From: an uncultured Thermoproteaceae archaeon
Lineage (GTDB): Archaea; Thermoproteota; Thermoprotei; Thermoproteales; Thermoproteaceae
Assembly: GCA_964342785.1 (NCBI GenBank)
Contig: CAYFGI010000001.1
Location: forward strand, 38,928-102,927
Reading direction: 5' to 3'
DNA: 64,000 nt
The translations under genes were made by a program, and so were the position numbers. Positions 39,105 to 49,422 of this stretch are shown here, piece by piece; positions within the stretch are counted from its first letter, which is position 1, and the number at the start of each line of letters is the position of its first letter. The notes below the pieces were generated by a model. The model did no database searches. It saw only the letters and a program-made list of their open reading frames with translations, and had not been told where the DNA came from.

Positions 39105-41492
39105 GTGCCGAAGCTCAAGGAGGCCAGATGGCGTCTGGAATGGGAGGAGGATCTCATAAGGACTTGGGAGAGGGAGGGCTTATTTGCGATAAGGATTAAC
39201 TCAGACGGCGACTTTCTCGTGATCGATACGCCGCCGCCTTATCCTTCGGGGCGGCCCCACATAGGCGGCACGGCTCATTACGCCCAGATAGATATGGTCG
39301 CGAGGTTCCACAGGATGAGGGGCTTCAACGTAGTGTTCCCGTTCTATTTAGATCGAAACGGCCTCCCGGTCGAGGTGCAAGTGGAGAAGAAATATGGCGT
39401 GAACGCCCACGAGGTCCCGCGGGAGAAGTTCCTCGAGATGTGTAAAGCCGAGCTCGACGCGCTAGAAAGGGAGTTCGTTTCTATATTCAGACGTTGGGGT
39501 ATGTCGTTCACCTATTGGGATAAGGGAACTGACAGCGAAGAATACCGGGCCATGACGCAGAAAACCTTCATAGAGCTGTGGAGGAGAGGCCTCGTATATG
39601 AGGCCGAGAGGCCGACTCTCTGGTGTCCTAGATGTCGTACAGCATTGGCGGAAGCCGAAGTGGAGTACAAAGAGGAGGATACCCATCTTAACTACATAAA
39701 GTTCAAGGTCAAGGAGACTGGCGAGGATATAATCATAGCGACCACGCGCCCCGAGCTTCTGCCCGCCACGGTGGCCGTTATATTCAATCCGTCGGACGGA
39801 AGGTACAAGAAGCTCGAGGGGCTCCACGCGTTGGTGCCTCCCTTATGGCAAGAGGTGCCCATATTGCCTCACCCGGCCGCCAACCCTAACTTCGGGACGG
39901 GGCTCGTCATGATATCCACGTTCGGCGACACGCGCGACCTAGCTATAGTCAACGAGTTGAGGCTCCCCATCAAGATCATAGTTGACGAGCGGGGGAAGAT
40001 AAAGGAGGGGCCCTACGCCGGCCTATCGGTGAGGGAGGCGAGAACGAAGATAGTCGAAGATCTGGCGAAAGAAGGGCTGATAGTCAAGAGAGAGCCTCTA
40101 CACCACACTGTCCCTGTATGTTGGCGTTGCGGGACTCCTCTGGAGATCATCACTACGAGAGAACTTTTCGTGCATCAGCTTAAGTTCAAGGAGAGGTTGC
40201 TGGAGCTGGCCGACGAGATGGAGTTTAGACCGCCGGAGTTCAAGAACATGTTGAAAGACTGGATCAAATCGCTCGAGCTGGACTGGCCCGTATCGCGTCG
40301 TCGTTATTACGCCACGGAGGTGCCGCTCTGGTACTGCAAGAAGGGCGACGAGATTACGCCTATAGTGCCGGAGGGCGGGCGGTACTACAGACCTTGGCGC
40401 GACGAGCCTCCGCCCGAAGTCAAGGCTAAGTGCCCGGACGGAGAGCTGGTGGGCGACACCAGAGTCCTCGACACGTGGTTCGATTCATCTATAAGCTGGA
40501 TGTACGCCGCAGGTTATACGAAGGGCTTAGGGTTATTCGAGAGGGTATATCCCGACAAGATACTACGGCCTCAAGGCTATGAGATAATCAGGACGTGGCT
40601 CTACTACTCGCTTCTGAGGGCTTTTCTACTTAACAACAACATACCCTTTAAGTACGTCAGGATAAGCGGCATGGGGCTCGACGAAAAAGGCGAAGCTATG
40701 CATAAATCCAAGGGCAACATCATCGACCCGTTGCCGCCCGTCCAGAAGTATGGGGGCGACGCCGTGCGTTTCTGGGCCGCGGCCGCCGCTAAGCTCGGCA
40801 GCGACTACCGCTATATGGAGTCGTTAGTTAAAGAAGGGCGCGATTTCGCCACGAAGATCTGGAACATCTCCAGGTTCGTCTCCTCCTTCGAGGAGCCGAC
40901 GACGTATAAGCTCATGCCGATAGATAAGGCCATGTTGGCTAGGACATATGAGGTAGGACACACCGTGATAAAGGCATACAGCGATTTCGACGTGTACGTC
41001 CCAGCGCTAACCCTTTACGATTTCCTATGGCATGAATTCGCCGACCATTACATAGAGACCGTTAAGAGCAGAGCTTACAATAGGGAGGGTATATTCTCGC
41101 AGGAAGAGCAAAACGGCGCTATATACACTTTATATACTGTGCTTAAATACAGCTTGAAACTACTCGCGCCGATCATGCCTTTCGTCACCGACAAGATATG
41201 GCGCGAGCTCTACGGCAGATCTATACATAAGGAGAGGATAGAGGATCCGCCAGAGGAATGGAAGGGAGATGTCTCTTTGTTCGCCTTGGTCAGGAAGATC
41301 AACAGCGCAGTATGGCGGTATAAGAACAAGATGGGCAAGAGCTTGGCGGACCCGTTAGGAGCGGATCTCTACGTCCCCGAGCCCGCCTTGGAGGCCGCCG
41401 AGGATCTACGTCTAACTCATAAAGCTAATTCGATCAAAGCCGGCAGGGGGAGGGAGCAGATAGACGAAGAGGGGCTCGTCTGGATAGGCTAG
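39105..41492 (+). CDS. valS: valyl-tRNA synthetase (class Ia)
   Basis: PPPYPSGRPHIGG is a HIGH-like motif and MHKSKGN a KMSKS-like motif. A length of 795 aa fits archaeal ValRS rather than IleRS or LeuRS. Confidence 0.8.
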   Translation: MPKLKEARWRLEWEEDLIRTWEREGLFAIRINSDGDFLVIDTPPPYPSGRPHIGGTAHYAQIDMVARFHRMRGFNVVFPFYLDRNGLPVEVQVEKKYGVNAHEVPREKFLEMCKAELDALEREFVSIFRRWGMSFTYWDKGTDSEEYRAMTQKTFIELWRRGLVYEAERPTLWCPRCRTALAEAEVEYKEEDTHLNYIKFKVKETGEDIIIATTRPELLPATVAVIFNPSDGRYKKLEGLHALVPPLWQEVPILPHPAANPNFGTGLVMISTFGDTRDLAIVNELRLPIKIIVDERGKIKEGPYAGLSVREARTKIVEDLAKEGLIVKREPLHHTVPVCWRCGTPLEIITTRELFVHQLKFKERLLELADEMEFRPPEFKNMLKDWIKSLELDWPVSRRRYYATEVPLWYCKKGDEITPIVPEGGRYYRPWRDEPPPEVKAKCPDGELVGDTRVLDTWFDSSISWMYAAGYTKGLGLFERVYPDKILRPQGYEIIRTWLYYSLLRAFLLNNNIPFKYVRISGMGLDEKGEAMHKSKGNIIDPLPPVQKYGGDAVRFWAAAAAKLGSDYRYMESLVKEGRDFATKIWNISRFVSSFEEPTTYKLMPIDKAMLARTYEVGHTVIKAYSDFDVYVPALTLYDFLWHEFADHYIETVKSRAYNREGIFSQEEQNGAIYTLYTVLKYSLKLLAPIMPFVTDKIWRELYGRSIHKERIEDPPEEWKGDVSLFALVRKINSAVWRYKNKMGKSLADPLGADLYVPEPALEAAEDLRLTHKANSIKAGRGREQIDEEGLVWIG

Positions 41493-43720
41493 ACGATACC
41501 CTTGGCTTTAGGTATCTCGCCTACTGCAGGAGCCGCTTCGCCTTTAAGCACGGCCTCCAATATCCTTGCGGCGTTTCTCCGCGATAACATCTTGTTGTTG
41601 TTACCGCAATACGGCGAGAAGACGCACCTAGGACAGCCGTCGACGCAATCACAGCCTCTGACTATCTTGAGGGCTATCTCCAACGCCCTCCTGAAATGCC
41701 TTAAGAGCAAGCGGGAAGTCCCGTTTCCGCCTATATGGGAGTCGTATATTACGATCACGCCGTCTGGATAGCTTATCCCGCCTAGATCTGTCTTCGACGC
41801 GCCTACGGCTATCTCCGACGCCGATATTATGACGTGCTCAGTTGCGTGGTACCCCTTCGCCCTCTCCTCTAAATCCACGGCGTCGTTGGGGCTGAACTTC
41901 AGGGTCGGCATGTAGAGGACGGCCCCCTTTGTGGAGAACTCGTATGAGACGGGATCTATGGGGTATTCGCCCAACGTCTCATCTGTGGTGAAGCGCTTCA
42001 AGGCGTAGCCGTAGACCGTTATCTTTATCTTAAGCCTGCCGAATTGATACGGCACGCCCTCGACCCGCCCCTCCTCCATTACCTCCTCCAGGCGGGGCTC
42101 CATATCCTCAAGAGCTTGCGTGGAAAGATCCTCTGCGTCCACCGGCTCCACATAGGCGATCTTTCTGTTTAGATCCAACGATTTGACCAAATAGGTGATC
42201 CCTCCATGCATGTAGATGGCCTCTGGGTGTAGCTCGTATAGAGCTAGCGGCAACTCCCTATGGCCTATAACCCTCCCATCGGCCGTCTTTATCCTCACGA
42301 TCTGGGGGCTTCCTCTAAGCGAGAGCTCGGCCAACTTCTCGCGTCCTTTCTTCGAGATCCTGTAGAACCTACCCACCTTCTCCAAGTACCCCTCGGCGTG
42401 TAGCCGTCTAAGCAAAGCGTTTTGATACGAATCGAGCTCACCCTCTCTTATCGGTCTATCTAGAGCCATCGCGAGTACGTGCAGAGATGCGACCTCGTCG
42501 TTTTCCCGCTCCAGTCCGAGCGGCTCAGGCTCGCGGGCGAAGAAATCGACTGGGTTATTTCGGTAGTAGTTAGAGATAGGATCGTTGCCCAATATCTGGA
42601 GGACGTACCCGATCTGCCCCCTCCTCCCGACCCTCCCCACCCTCTGGAGGTATCTGTTGAACGTAGGCGGCACCGACGCCAACACGGCCGCGTCTATATC
42701 GCCGATATCTATGCCTAGCTCCAACGTCGGCGTCGCTATCACCACGTTTAAATCGCCTCTCCGAAACGCGTCCTCCACCCAGCTCCTCTCCTCGGCGGCT
42801 AGGCCGGCTCTATGCACCGCGGCTTTATCGCCGAGGCCTTGTAGCTTCAAGGCTCTGTATACCATCTCGCTGTACCTATGGCTGTCCGTGAAGACCAAAC
42901 ACTTCATATCCATATCGATACATAGCTTGGCGAGGGAGGCCGCCTCGGCCCATTTGGATCTAAAACGTGGGCGTAGAAGTATCTGCACGAGCTCGCCTCT
43001 CCTACCCCTAGGGCCTTGTACTACGTTTACCGTCCTATCCAACAAGAGCTGGCCGAACTCAGCCGGGTTTCCCAATGTAGCCGACGTGGCGATGTACTGA
43101 GGCTTCACGAAGCGACCTAATCTTTTCAGGAGGTGGAACATATGGCTGCCGAGAACTCCGCTATAGATGTGGAAATCGTCCAACACGATGTATCTAACCC
43201 GCGAGATAAGCTGGCGGAACCTAGGCACGTACATCAAGGCTTGGCTTACCATATCAGGGTTGGTCACCAATATATGCGGCGGGGTTTGGTACAGTATCCT
43301 CCGTTCCCTGGGGGACGTATCGCCGTCGTAAACCATAGCCCTTACGCCTAACTTGTCCGAAAGAGCTCTTATCCTCGTAAGCTGATCCCTCGCAAGCGCC
43401 TTGGTGGGGTACATGACTAGAGCTACCGGCGTTCTGAACGTATCTAGGCTCTCCTCTACTATAGGCGCCAGGAAGGCCTCAGTCTTGCCCATGCCTGTGC
43501 CGGCTATTATCACCGTGTCTCTCCCAGCCCTTATGCTCTGCACTGCGTCGAATTGAAACTGGTAGAGCTTTTCGATACCCATCTTCCTGAGGGCCTCGGC
43601 CACCTCCGGCCTCAAGACGGATCCTACATCGCAACAAGGCTCCACGGCCTCGGGCCGCTCCGTTTTGACGTAGATAATCTCCCTCCCCGGATCTCCTAGG
43701 ACGCTGGATAAAAACTCCAC
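41489..43720 (-). CDS. DEXH-box helicase with C-terminal DUF1998 zinc domain (MrfA/YprA, COG1205-like)
   Basis: Motif I is AGTGMGKTEA and motif II is VLDDFH. The C-terminal block is CDCVDGCPRCVFSPYCGNNNKMLSRRNA. Confidence 0.85.
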   Translation of the reverse strand: MEFLSSVLGDPGREIIYVKTERPEAVEPCCDVGSVLRPEVAEALRKMGIEKLYQFQFDAVQSIRAGRDTVIIAGTGMGKTEAFLAPIVEESLDTFRTPVALVMYPTKALARDQLTRIRALSDKLGVRAMVYDGDTSPRERRILYQTPPHILVTNPDMVSQALMYVPRFRQLISRVRYIVLDDFHIYSGVLGSHMFHLLKRLGRFVKPQYIATSATLGNPAEFGQLLLDRTVNVVQGPRGRRGELVQILLRPRFRSKWAEAASLAKLCIDMDMKCLVFTDSHRYSEMVYRALKLQGLGDKAAVHRAGLAAEERSWVEDAFRRGDLNVVIATPTLELGIDIGDIDAAVLASVPPTFNRYLQRVGRVGRRGQIGYVLQILGNDPISNYYRNNPVDFFAREPEPLGLERENDEVASLHVLAMALDRPIREGELDSYQNALLRRLHAEGYLEKVGRFYRISKKGREKLAELSLRGSPQIVRIKTADGRVIGHRELPLALYELHPEAIYMHGGITYLVKSLDLNRKIAYVEPVDAEDLSTQALEDMEPRLEEVMEEGRVEGVPYQFGRLKIKITVYGYALKRFTTDETLGEYPIDPVSYEFSTKGAVLYMPTLKFSPNDAVDLEERAKGYHATEHVIISASEIAVGASKTDLGGISYPDGVIVIYDSHIGGNGTSRLLLRHFRRALEIALKIVRGCDCVDGCPRCVFSPYCGNNNKMLSRRNAARILEAVLKGEAAPAVGEIPKAKGIV

Positions 43721-43755
43721 GGACTTGCGCGATATCTTTGCTTAAACCCTTTTCC

Positions 43756-44247
43756 CTACAGCTTATATCCTATCTTCCGCAGGAAGGCCTTCCTCTCCTC
43801 TCTATCGCGATCCCCTTCGACCCCCAGCGGCGAGTGGCCGTCCACGACTCCTATAACGCCGCGTCTCTCCGGCCCGACCTCCGCTACGATAACCATAAGC
43901 GGATTCGCCGTGGCGGCGTATATTCTGACAACCTCGGGGACGTGCTTGATTGCGTTCAACACGTTGATCGGATAGGCGTTACGTATATAGAGGACGAACG
44001 TGTGGCCTGCGCCTATCTTTAAGGCTACATCTATCGCGAGCTTCCGTAGCTCTTCGTCGTTTCCCTCATGCCGTACCAGCCTCTTGCCCGATGCCTCGCA
44101 GAAAGCAAGCCCGAATTTTATGCCCGGCACACTATTGACGAGAGCTTCGTATAGATCCTCGACGGTCTTTATGAAGTGGGCATGTCCTATTATGACGTTG
44201 GCGCCCTCCGGTATGGGGACTTCTACTACTTCGAACTTGAGGGACAT
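43756..44247 (-). CDS. adenosine-specific kinase family protein (PF04008/COG1839-like)
   Basis: [19 protein letters not shown]...[13 protein letters not shown]...[12 protein letters not shown] matches my recollection of this family. Confidence 0.7.
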   Translation of the reverse strand: MSLKFEVVEVPIPEGANVIIGHAHFIKTVEDLYEALVNSVPGIKFGLAFCEASGKRLVRHEGNDEELRKLAIDVALKIGAGHTFVLYIRNAYPINVLNAIKHVPEVVRIYAATANPLMVIVAEVGPERRGVIGVVDGHSPLGVEGDRDREERKAFLRKIGYKL

Positions 44248-44269
44248 AACAATTCCTTGGTATTTATTT

Positions 44270-44330
44270 AGATCAGTTGTGGATTCTCTCCATCATCTAT
44301 CTGCGGCGCGGTTTACGTCATCATGTAGCC
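44270..44330 (-). ncRNA. C/D box sRNA candidate
   Basis: The minus strand reads ACAUGAUGA-CGUAAACCGCGCCG-CAGA-UAG-AUGAUGG-AGAGAAUCCACAA-CUGA. The C box is at 44324-44318, the D'-like box at 44303-44300, the C'-like box at 44296-44290 and the D box at 44276-44273. Confidence 0.55.
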
Positions 44331-44493
44331 GATCTAATGGTCATGAAAACATGGAGGCGATAATAAAAATGCCGAAATATCACATCCACCCCTCGGAGGC
44401 GTGGAACTTAAGGCACTGATAGCTCCGGAGCCGAGCCGGGGCGAAGATATCACACGGGCTCCCCTCCTTCCGACGTTAAATCTGTCGAAGAAA

Positions 44494-44892
44494 TTATGGT
44501 TGTTTGCCGCAGACGGCTTTCACTACTATCGATACAGGTGAAATCCCCGAGCTCTTCAGATCTTCAAGGACCTTGTCGTTATATACGTCGATTACCTTGC
44601 CGTTGTCGATACAGATCACGTTTATATGAGGCTCGACTTTATCGTAGTAAGTCCTGCCGTTATGCTCAAACGAGACCACCACTCCGTTGTCCTCTAATAA
44701 CTTAAGTATGTTGTAGACAGTGCTGGCGCTAATGCTAGGCATTTTAGATTTCACTTCATTTAATATATCATTAAAGGATGGATGTTCTTTCTTTTCTAGC
44801 TTATCGAGCACTAACTTTATTACCTCTATCCTCTGAGGGGTCAATCTATACCCCCTCTCCTTCAGTATGTTTAACGGAATTAGTTGCTCCAC
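44494..44892 (-). CDS. Fur-family metal-responsive transcriptional regulator
   Basis: RLTPQRIEVIKLVL...HPSFNDILNEV...ISASTVYNILKLLEDNGVV is a winged-helix region of Fur/PerR type. Confidence 0.75.
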   Translation of the reverse strand: MEQLIPLNILKERGYRLTPQRIEVIKLVLDKLEKKEHPSFNDILNEVKSKMPSISASTVYNILKLLEDNGVVVSFEHNGRTYYDKVEPHINVICIDNGKVIDVYNDKVLEDLKSSGISPVSIVVKAVCGKQP

Positions 44893-44938
44893 GCAATAGA
44901 TTTGTATCTAGTATAAAAATGTATTCACTGAGCCGGCA

Positions 44939-44956
44939 GCCTATAGATATATAGGC
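44939..44956. promoter_or_regulatory. inverted repeat in the fur / FAD-oxidoreductase divergent promoter
   Basis: GCCTATA-GATA-TATAGGC has 7-bp arms and a TATA-like content. Confidence 0.35.
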
Positions 44957-44973
44957 CTATTTATCCCTCTGAC

Positions 44974-46218
44974 ATGAAGATAGTCGTAGTGGGCGCAGGG
45001 ATCATAGGCATGTCGACGGCCTACCACATCAAGAGGGCAATGCCCGCAGCAGACGTGTTAGTCCTAGATATGATGTCGGGGGCAGGCATGGGGGACACTG
45101 GCAGATCGGCCGCGGCATTTAGGACTATTTTCACTGCGCGCCTCAACAGGCTACTCGCCAAGACGACCATAGATTTCTACAGGGATGTGCAGAGGAGCGG
45201 CTATAGCCTCTCCATGAGGTTCGTGGGATATCTATTCCTAGCGAGCGAGGCGGAAGCCAACGCGTTGAAGCCTATCGTCAACGAGCTCAGAGCGATGGGA
45301 CTCTCCATAGATTTCGTCGACCCGCCGCGGGGCGTCAGAGCTAAGGTCACAGACGACGAAGAGGCGAGGGAGATGGGGCTTCAAGACATAGAGACGGGGA
45401 TCCTCATCAGAGACGCCGGAATCCTAGACCCGGAGAAGGTGTTGAGATACTACGAGGAGCGGTTCCTTAAGATGGGCGGAAGGACCGCGTATGGGATCAA
45501 GGTCACTGGGCTCGTCCTAAAGCCCAAAAAGCCCCTGGGGATACCCGGCGAGCCCTTCGCGTGGCAGGATTACGAGGTCAAGGGCGTGGTCACAAGCTCA
45601 GGCGATGTCGAGGCCGATGCAGTTATCCTCGCGACAGGGGCTTGGACGGGCGATCTAACGGCTTCACTAGGATATGGGCTACCCCTGAGGCCTAGGAAGA
45701 GGCAGGTGTTTGTCGTGAAGGCCGAGGGCGAGCTGAGGTCTATGCTTTACGACGATTCGTTGACGGGGGAGGGCGCTATGCCGTTCTTGATACTGCCGAG
45801 AGGGATCTACATAAGGCCGGAGCCGGACGAGGGAAACTTCTGGATAGGATTAGCCGATAGAAGGCCCTTCGGCTTCGAAGAGACCGGGGTCGAGGAGGGT
45901 CTGTGGCGCTACGGGATTTACCCCGTCCTCAGCAAATACATACCAGCTTTCGAGGGCAAGACTCCCCAAAACGCTTGGCACGGCTACTACGATGAGAACG
46001 TCGTGGACGAGATGGCTATAGTAGACAAGCTCGCCGACGGGCTCTACGTGGCGGCTGGGACCAGCGGCAGCGGAGTGATGAAGGCCGACGCGATCGGGAG
46101 GATAGCCGCCTCGTTGGTGTTAGGCGAAGACAAGGCGGAGCTCTTCGGAGGGGTGGAGGTGCCGACTAACGCGCTGGCCAAAAATAGATGCCTAGAGCCG
46201 GAGCGCCTCGTGCTTTAA
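44974..46218 (+). CDS. FAD-dependent oxidoreductase (DAO/sarcosine-oxidase-beta-like)
   Basis: N-terminal dinucleotide fold is MKIVVVGAGIIGMSTAYH. Confidence 0.8.
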   Translation: MKIVVVGAGIIGMSTAYHIKRAMPAADVLVLDMMSGAGMGDTGRSAAAFRTIFTARLNRLLAKTTIDFYRDVQRSGYSLSMRFVGYLFLASEAEANALKPIVNELRAMGLSIDFVDPPRGVRAKVTDDEEAREMGLQDIETGILIRDAGILDPEKVLRYYEERFLKMGGRTAYGIKVTGLVLKPKKPLGIPGEPFAWQDYEVKGVVTSSGDVEADAVILATGAWTGDLTASLGYGLPLRPRKRQVFVVKAEGELRSMLYDDSLTGEGAMPFLILPRGIYIRPEPDEGNFWIGLADRRPFGFEETGVEEGLWRYGIYPVLSKYIPAFEGKTPQNAWHGYYDENVVDEMAIVDKLADGLYVAAGTSGSGVMKADAIGRIAASLVLGEDKAELFGGVEVPTNALAKNRCLEPERLVL

Positions 46219-46928
46219 ACCGTGTAGTAAATCCGTTTCTTGTTCCTGCCTCTGTTCTCTATCTTTAATATCCGCACTTGGCCTATCTCGGCGGTGTTCT
46301 TGACGTGAGGACCTCCATCGGCTTGTATATCCACTCCGGGTATCTCCACTATCCTCAACACGGGCAGATCCGGAGGGGCTCTCTCGGCGAGCTTAGTTAT
46401 GCCGGGTATCTTGAGCGCCTCCTCTCTAGGCAACCAGTAGACCTTTACCTCTATCCCCCTCGCGGCGAGTTCGTTGACCTCAGCCACGGCCTCCTCGAAG
46501 GCTCTCCTCACTTGATTCATATCGCCCTCTATGCTGAAGTCATCCCTGGCGTACTCGGGCGTTATATCGCCGCCTGTAATCAAGGCGTTGTATCTTCTGT
46601 ACAACACCGCGGAAAGCATGTGAGCCGCCGTGTGCAACCTCATCTTGCGGTACCGCGGCTCCCAGTCCACCACGCCCTTCACGATATCGCCCGGCTTTAA
46701 CGGATGCTCGCCCTCGATTATATGCACCACCTCGCCCCCTTCCCTCCCCGCCTTGGCTCTATACCTAGCCCCGGAGATCTCCAGGTAGCCTGTATCGGCT
46801 TGTACTCCCCCCTCGCCGTCGTGAAACGCGGTTTTATCCAGGACGACCTTATTGCCTAAAACCTCCAGGACCGTGGCTTCAAACTCCTTGATGTAGCTAT
46901 CCTCTTGATACAATAACTTGGTCCGCAT
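46215..46928 (-). CDS. alaX: alanyl-tRNA editing protein AlaX
   Basis: HTAAHMLSAVLY (HxxxH) and DGGPHVKNTAEIG blocks are present. A length of 237 aa fits AlaX-M. Confidence 0.8.
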   Translation of the reverse strand: MRTKLLYQEDSYIKEFEATVLEVLGNKVVLDKTAFHDGEGGVQADTGYLEISGARYRAKAGREGGEVVHIIEGEHPLKPGDIVKGVVDWEPRYRKMRLHTAAHMLSAVLYRRYNALITGGDITPEYARDDFSIEGDMNQVRRAFEEAVAEVNELAARGIEVKVYWLPREEALKIPGITKLAERAPPDLPVLRIVEIPGVDIQADGGPHVKNTAEIGQVRILKIENRGRNKKRIYYTV

Positions 46929-46967
46929 AATCGGAGATAGATCTCCATTAAATGCTCTTCCCCCTCG

Positions 46968-48179
46968 TCAACGGACGTCGAATTTGAACCCCCTCCTCTC
47001 GAGCTCTCTAAGCACAGATCCTAGATCCAGATCGCCCGGCACCTCCGTCACGAAGACGAGCTCCACATAGTTAGGCCTCTGATGGGGATCGTACCTCTCG
47101 TGGTATACATCGATTATATTAGCGCCGTGCTCGGCAAGCACAGACGCCGCGGCGGCCAGCATGCCCGGCCTATCTGGCACCTCTCCGACGAACTTTACTA
47201 TCCTCCTCTGGCGCGCCATGGCTTTATTGAGAACTCTCACCAAGATAGTCGCGTCTATATTCCCGCCGGAGACCACGGCCACGGCCTTCTTCCCCTTTGT
47301 CTCCACCTTGCCCGTCATGAGGGCCGCCACAGAGGCCGCGCCGGCGCCCTCGGCGATAACCCTGGTCCTCTCGGCGAGTAGATATATCGCGTCGGCTATC
47401 TCGTTGTCGTCCACCAACACGACGTCGTCTACGTACTCCTCTATGAACGACATGGTGAGCTCGCCGGGCCGCTTGACGGCTATCCCGTCCGCGATAGTGT
47501 CCACCTTCTCTAAGGTGACTATCCTACCTTCCCGTAACGATCTATACACAGAGGGAGCCCCCGAGGCTTGCACACCGTAGATCTTGGCGCCAGGCCTCGC
47601 CTTCTTGATCGCATACGCTATCCCCGATATAAGGCCGCCGCCGCCCACCGGGACGACCACGACGTCCACATCGCCGAGATCCTCGAGTATCTCCACGCCG
47701 ATGGTCCCCTGGCCGGCGATAACGTACAGGTCGTTGTAAGCATGTAGGAACTTCGCGTCAGATGTCGCTAACTCTAGCGCTTTCTTCTCGGCCTCGTAGT
47801 AGCTCTCGCCGTATAGGACGACCTCGGCGCCGTAATCCTTAGTTTTCTTCACCTTAAGCCAGGGAGTTGTCGTGGGCATGACGACCGTGGCCTTGACCCG
47901 ATGTAGCTGCGCCGCGTAGGCGACCCCTTGGGCGTGATTTCCTGCAGACGCCGTTATAAACTTCTTGTAGCCCTCCTGTATGTACTTATACATAGCGTAA
48001 TAAGCGCCTCTTATCTTGAAGGAACCTGTTTTCTGCAAGGATTCGAGCTTAAGGAACACCTCGCCTCCCTGGATCCTCGAAAGAGATTCGGATCTAAGTA
48101 GGGGGGTCCTGTGGATAAAACCCCTCTTTTGTTGCTCCCTTATTACCCTTGTAGCCTCCTCAAGCGGCGGTTCGTTCAT
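46968..48179 (-). CDS. threonine ammonia-lyase (threonine dehydratase)
   Basis: PLP lysine block is KLESLQKTGSFKIRGA, followed by GGGGLISG. The C-terminal domain is ACT-like. Confidence 0.9.
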   Translation of the reverse strand: MNEPPLEEATRVIREQQKRGFIHRTPLLRSESLSRIQGGEVFLKLESLQKTGSFKIRGAYYAMYKYIQEGYKKFITASAGNHAQGVAYAAQLHRVKATVVMPTTTPWLKVKKTKDYGAEVVLYGESYYEAEKKALELATSDAKFLHAYNDLYVIAGQGTIGVEILEDLGDVDVVVVPVGGGGLISGIAYAIKKARPGAKIYGVQASGAPSVYRSLREGRIVTLEKVDTIADGIAVKRPGELTMSFIEEYVDDVVLVDDNEIADAIYLLAERTRVIAEGAGAASVAALMTGKVETKGKKAVAVVSGGNIDATILVRVLNKAMARQRRIVKFVGEVPDRPGMLAAAASVLAEHGANIIDVYHERYDPHQRPNYVELVFVTEVPGDLDLGSVLRELERRGFKFDVR

Positions 48180-49378
48180 AAAAATTCGCGTATGGCGTCG
48201 GCGAGACGCCTTATACCGACGTCTATCTGCTCGAACGTGCTGTATGTGAAGTTTAGACGCATCGTGTTTCTACCCTCGCCCTCGTTTATATGGAACCCGT
48301 GGCCCGGCACATACGCGACTTTGTACTTAGTTATCGCGACGTTGAGCATCTCCTTGGTGTCTATCTTCTCGGGCACCTTGACCCAAATGAACATGCCGCC
48401 CGACGGCCTAGTCCACGTCACTCCTCTCGGCATATAGGTCTCCAAGGCGTTTAACATCGCGTCGCGTTTCTTCCTATAGAGCTCCACTATCCTGGGTATA
48501 TTCCGCTGTATTACCCCCCTTCTGAGCCCCTCGAGGAGTAGGTACTGGTTGAGCGTAGGCGTGTTGAGGTTAAGCGCTTGTTTAGCGAGGGCGAACCATC
48601 TGATGAGCTCTTGATCCGCCACGACCCAGCCCAGCCTTAAGCCGGGGCTGAATATCTTAGACGCCGTGGAGAGATATATGACCCTCCCCGACTTGTCCAA
48701 CGCCTTTATCCTCGTCACAGATATGTTGTCGAATATGAAGTAGCCGTAGGGATCGTCCTCGACAACCAGCAGATCGTTCTGTTCCGCTATCTCCAGCAAG
48801 TGCTTCCTCCTGTCGTCGGGCATGGTGACGCCGGTGGGGTTCTGGGCTGTTGGCACGGTGTAGATGAACTTTATCGCGGCGCCTTCCGCCTTCAACCTCC
48901 TTACTTGCTCCTCGAGGACCTCCGTCCTCATTCCATGATCGTCCATAGGTATGCCGACGAGCCTCGGCCTATATACCCGCCAAGATTGCAACGCAGCTAT
49001 GTAGGTGGGGTTCTCGGTGATCACGACAGATTTCTCGTCTAGGAATAACCTGCCTAGAAGCTCCAAGGCCTCCTGGCTACCGACTGTGACTATCACGTTA
49101 TCCGCCGTGGCTCTTATCCCGTTGCTTGCAGCGAATTTAGCGAGCTCTTCCCTCAGCTCGGGGACTCCCTCGGTCTGTCCGTACTGAAGGGCTTTTCCGC
49201 CATATGTCTCCAACACATACGTGCTTATCTTGGCTATCTCGTCCAACGGGAACGTCGAGGGGTCGGGCATCCCTCCTCCGAACGATATCACGTCGGCGGT
49301 AGCCCACTTGAGGAGCTCCCTTATCTCGCTGGCCCTCATGTAGGCGGTTCTACCCGCCAGCAACTTCGACAGGTCCAT
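48176..49378 (-). CDS. class I/II PLP aminotransferase
   Basis: YGQTEGVPELRE, NPTGVTM and YLSTASKIFSPGLRLGW blocks are present. It overlaps the downstream gene by 4 nt. Confidence 0.85.
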   Translation of the reverse strand: MDLSKLLAGRTAYMRASEIRELLKWATADVISFGGGMPDPSTFPLDEIAKISTYVLETYGGKALQYGQTEGVPELREELAKFAASNGIRATADNVIVTVGSQEALELLGRLFLDEKSVVITENPTYIAALQSWRVYRPRLVGIPMDDHGMRTEVLEEQVRRLKAEGAAIKFIYTVPTAQNPTGVTMPDDRRKHLLEIAEQNDLLVVEDDPYGYFIFDNISVTRIKALDKSGRVIYLSTASKIFSPGLRLGWVVADQELIRWFALAKQALNLNTPTLNQYLLLEGLRRGVIQRNIPRIVELYRKKRDAMLNALETYMPRGVTWTRPSGGMFIWVKVPEKIDTKEMLNVAITKYKVAYVPGHGFHINEGEGRNTMRLNFTYSTFEQIDVGIRRLADAIREFL

Positions 49379-49422
49379 ATATAGGCCATAGGGTCACCAA
49401 TAAATATTTTGACATATATAAA

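Noticed and set aside
41489-43720. The DUF1998 helicase as part of a defence system (Druantia-like DruE).
   Set aside because: It is a single gene of ordinary MrfA/YprA size. It sits between valS and a nucleoside-kinase-family gene, with no large unknown partner genes, so a DNA-repair helicase role is more parsimonious.
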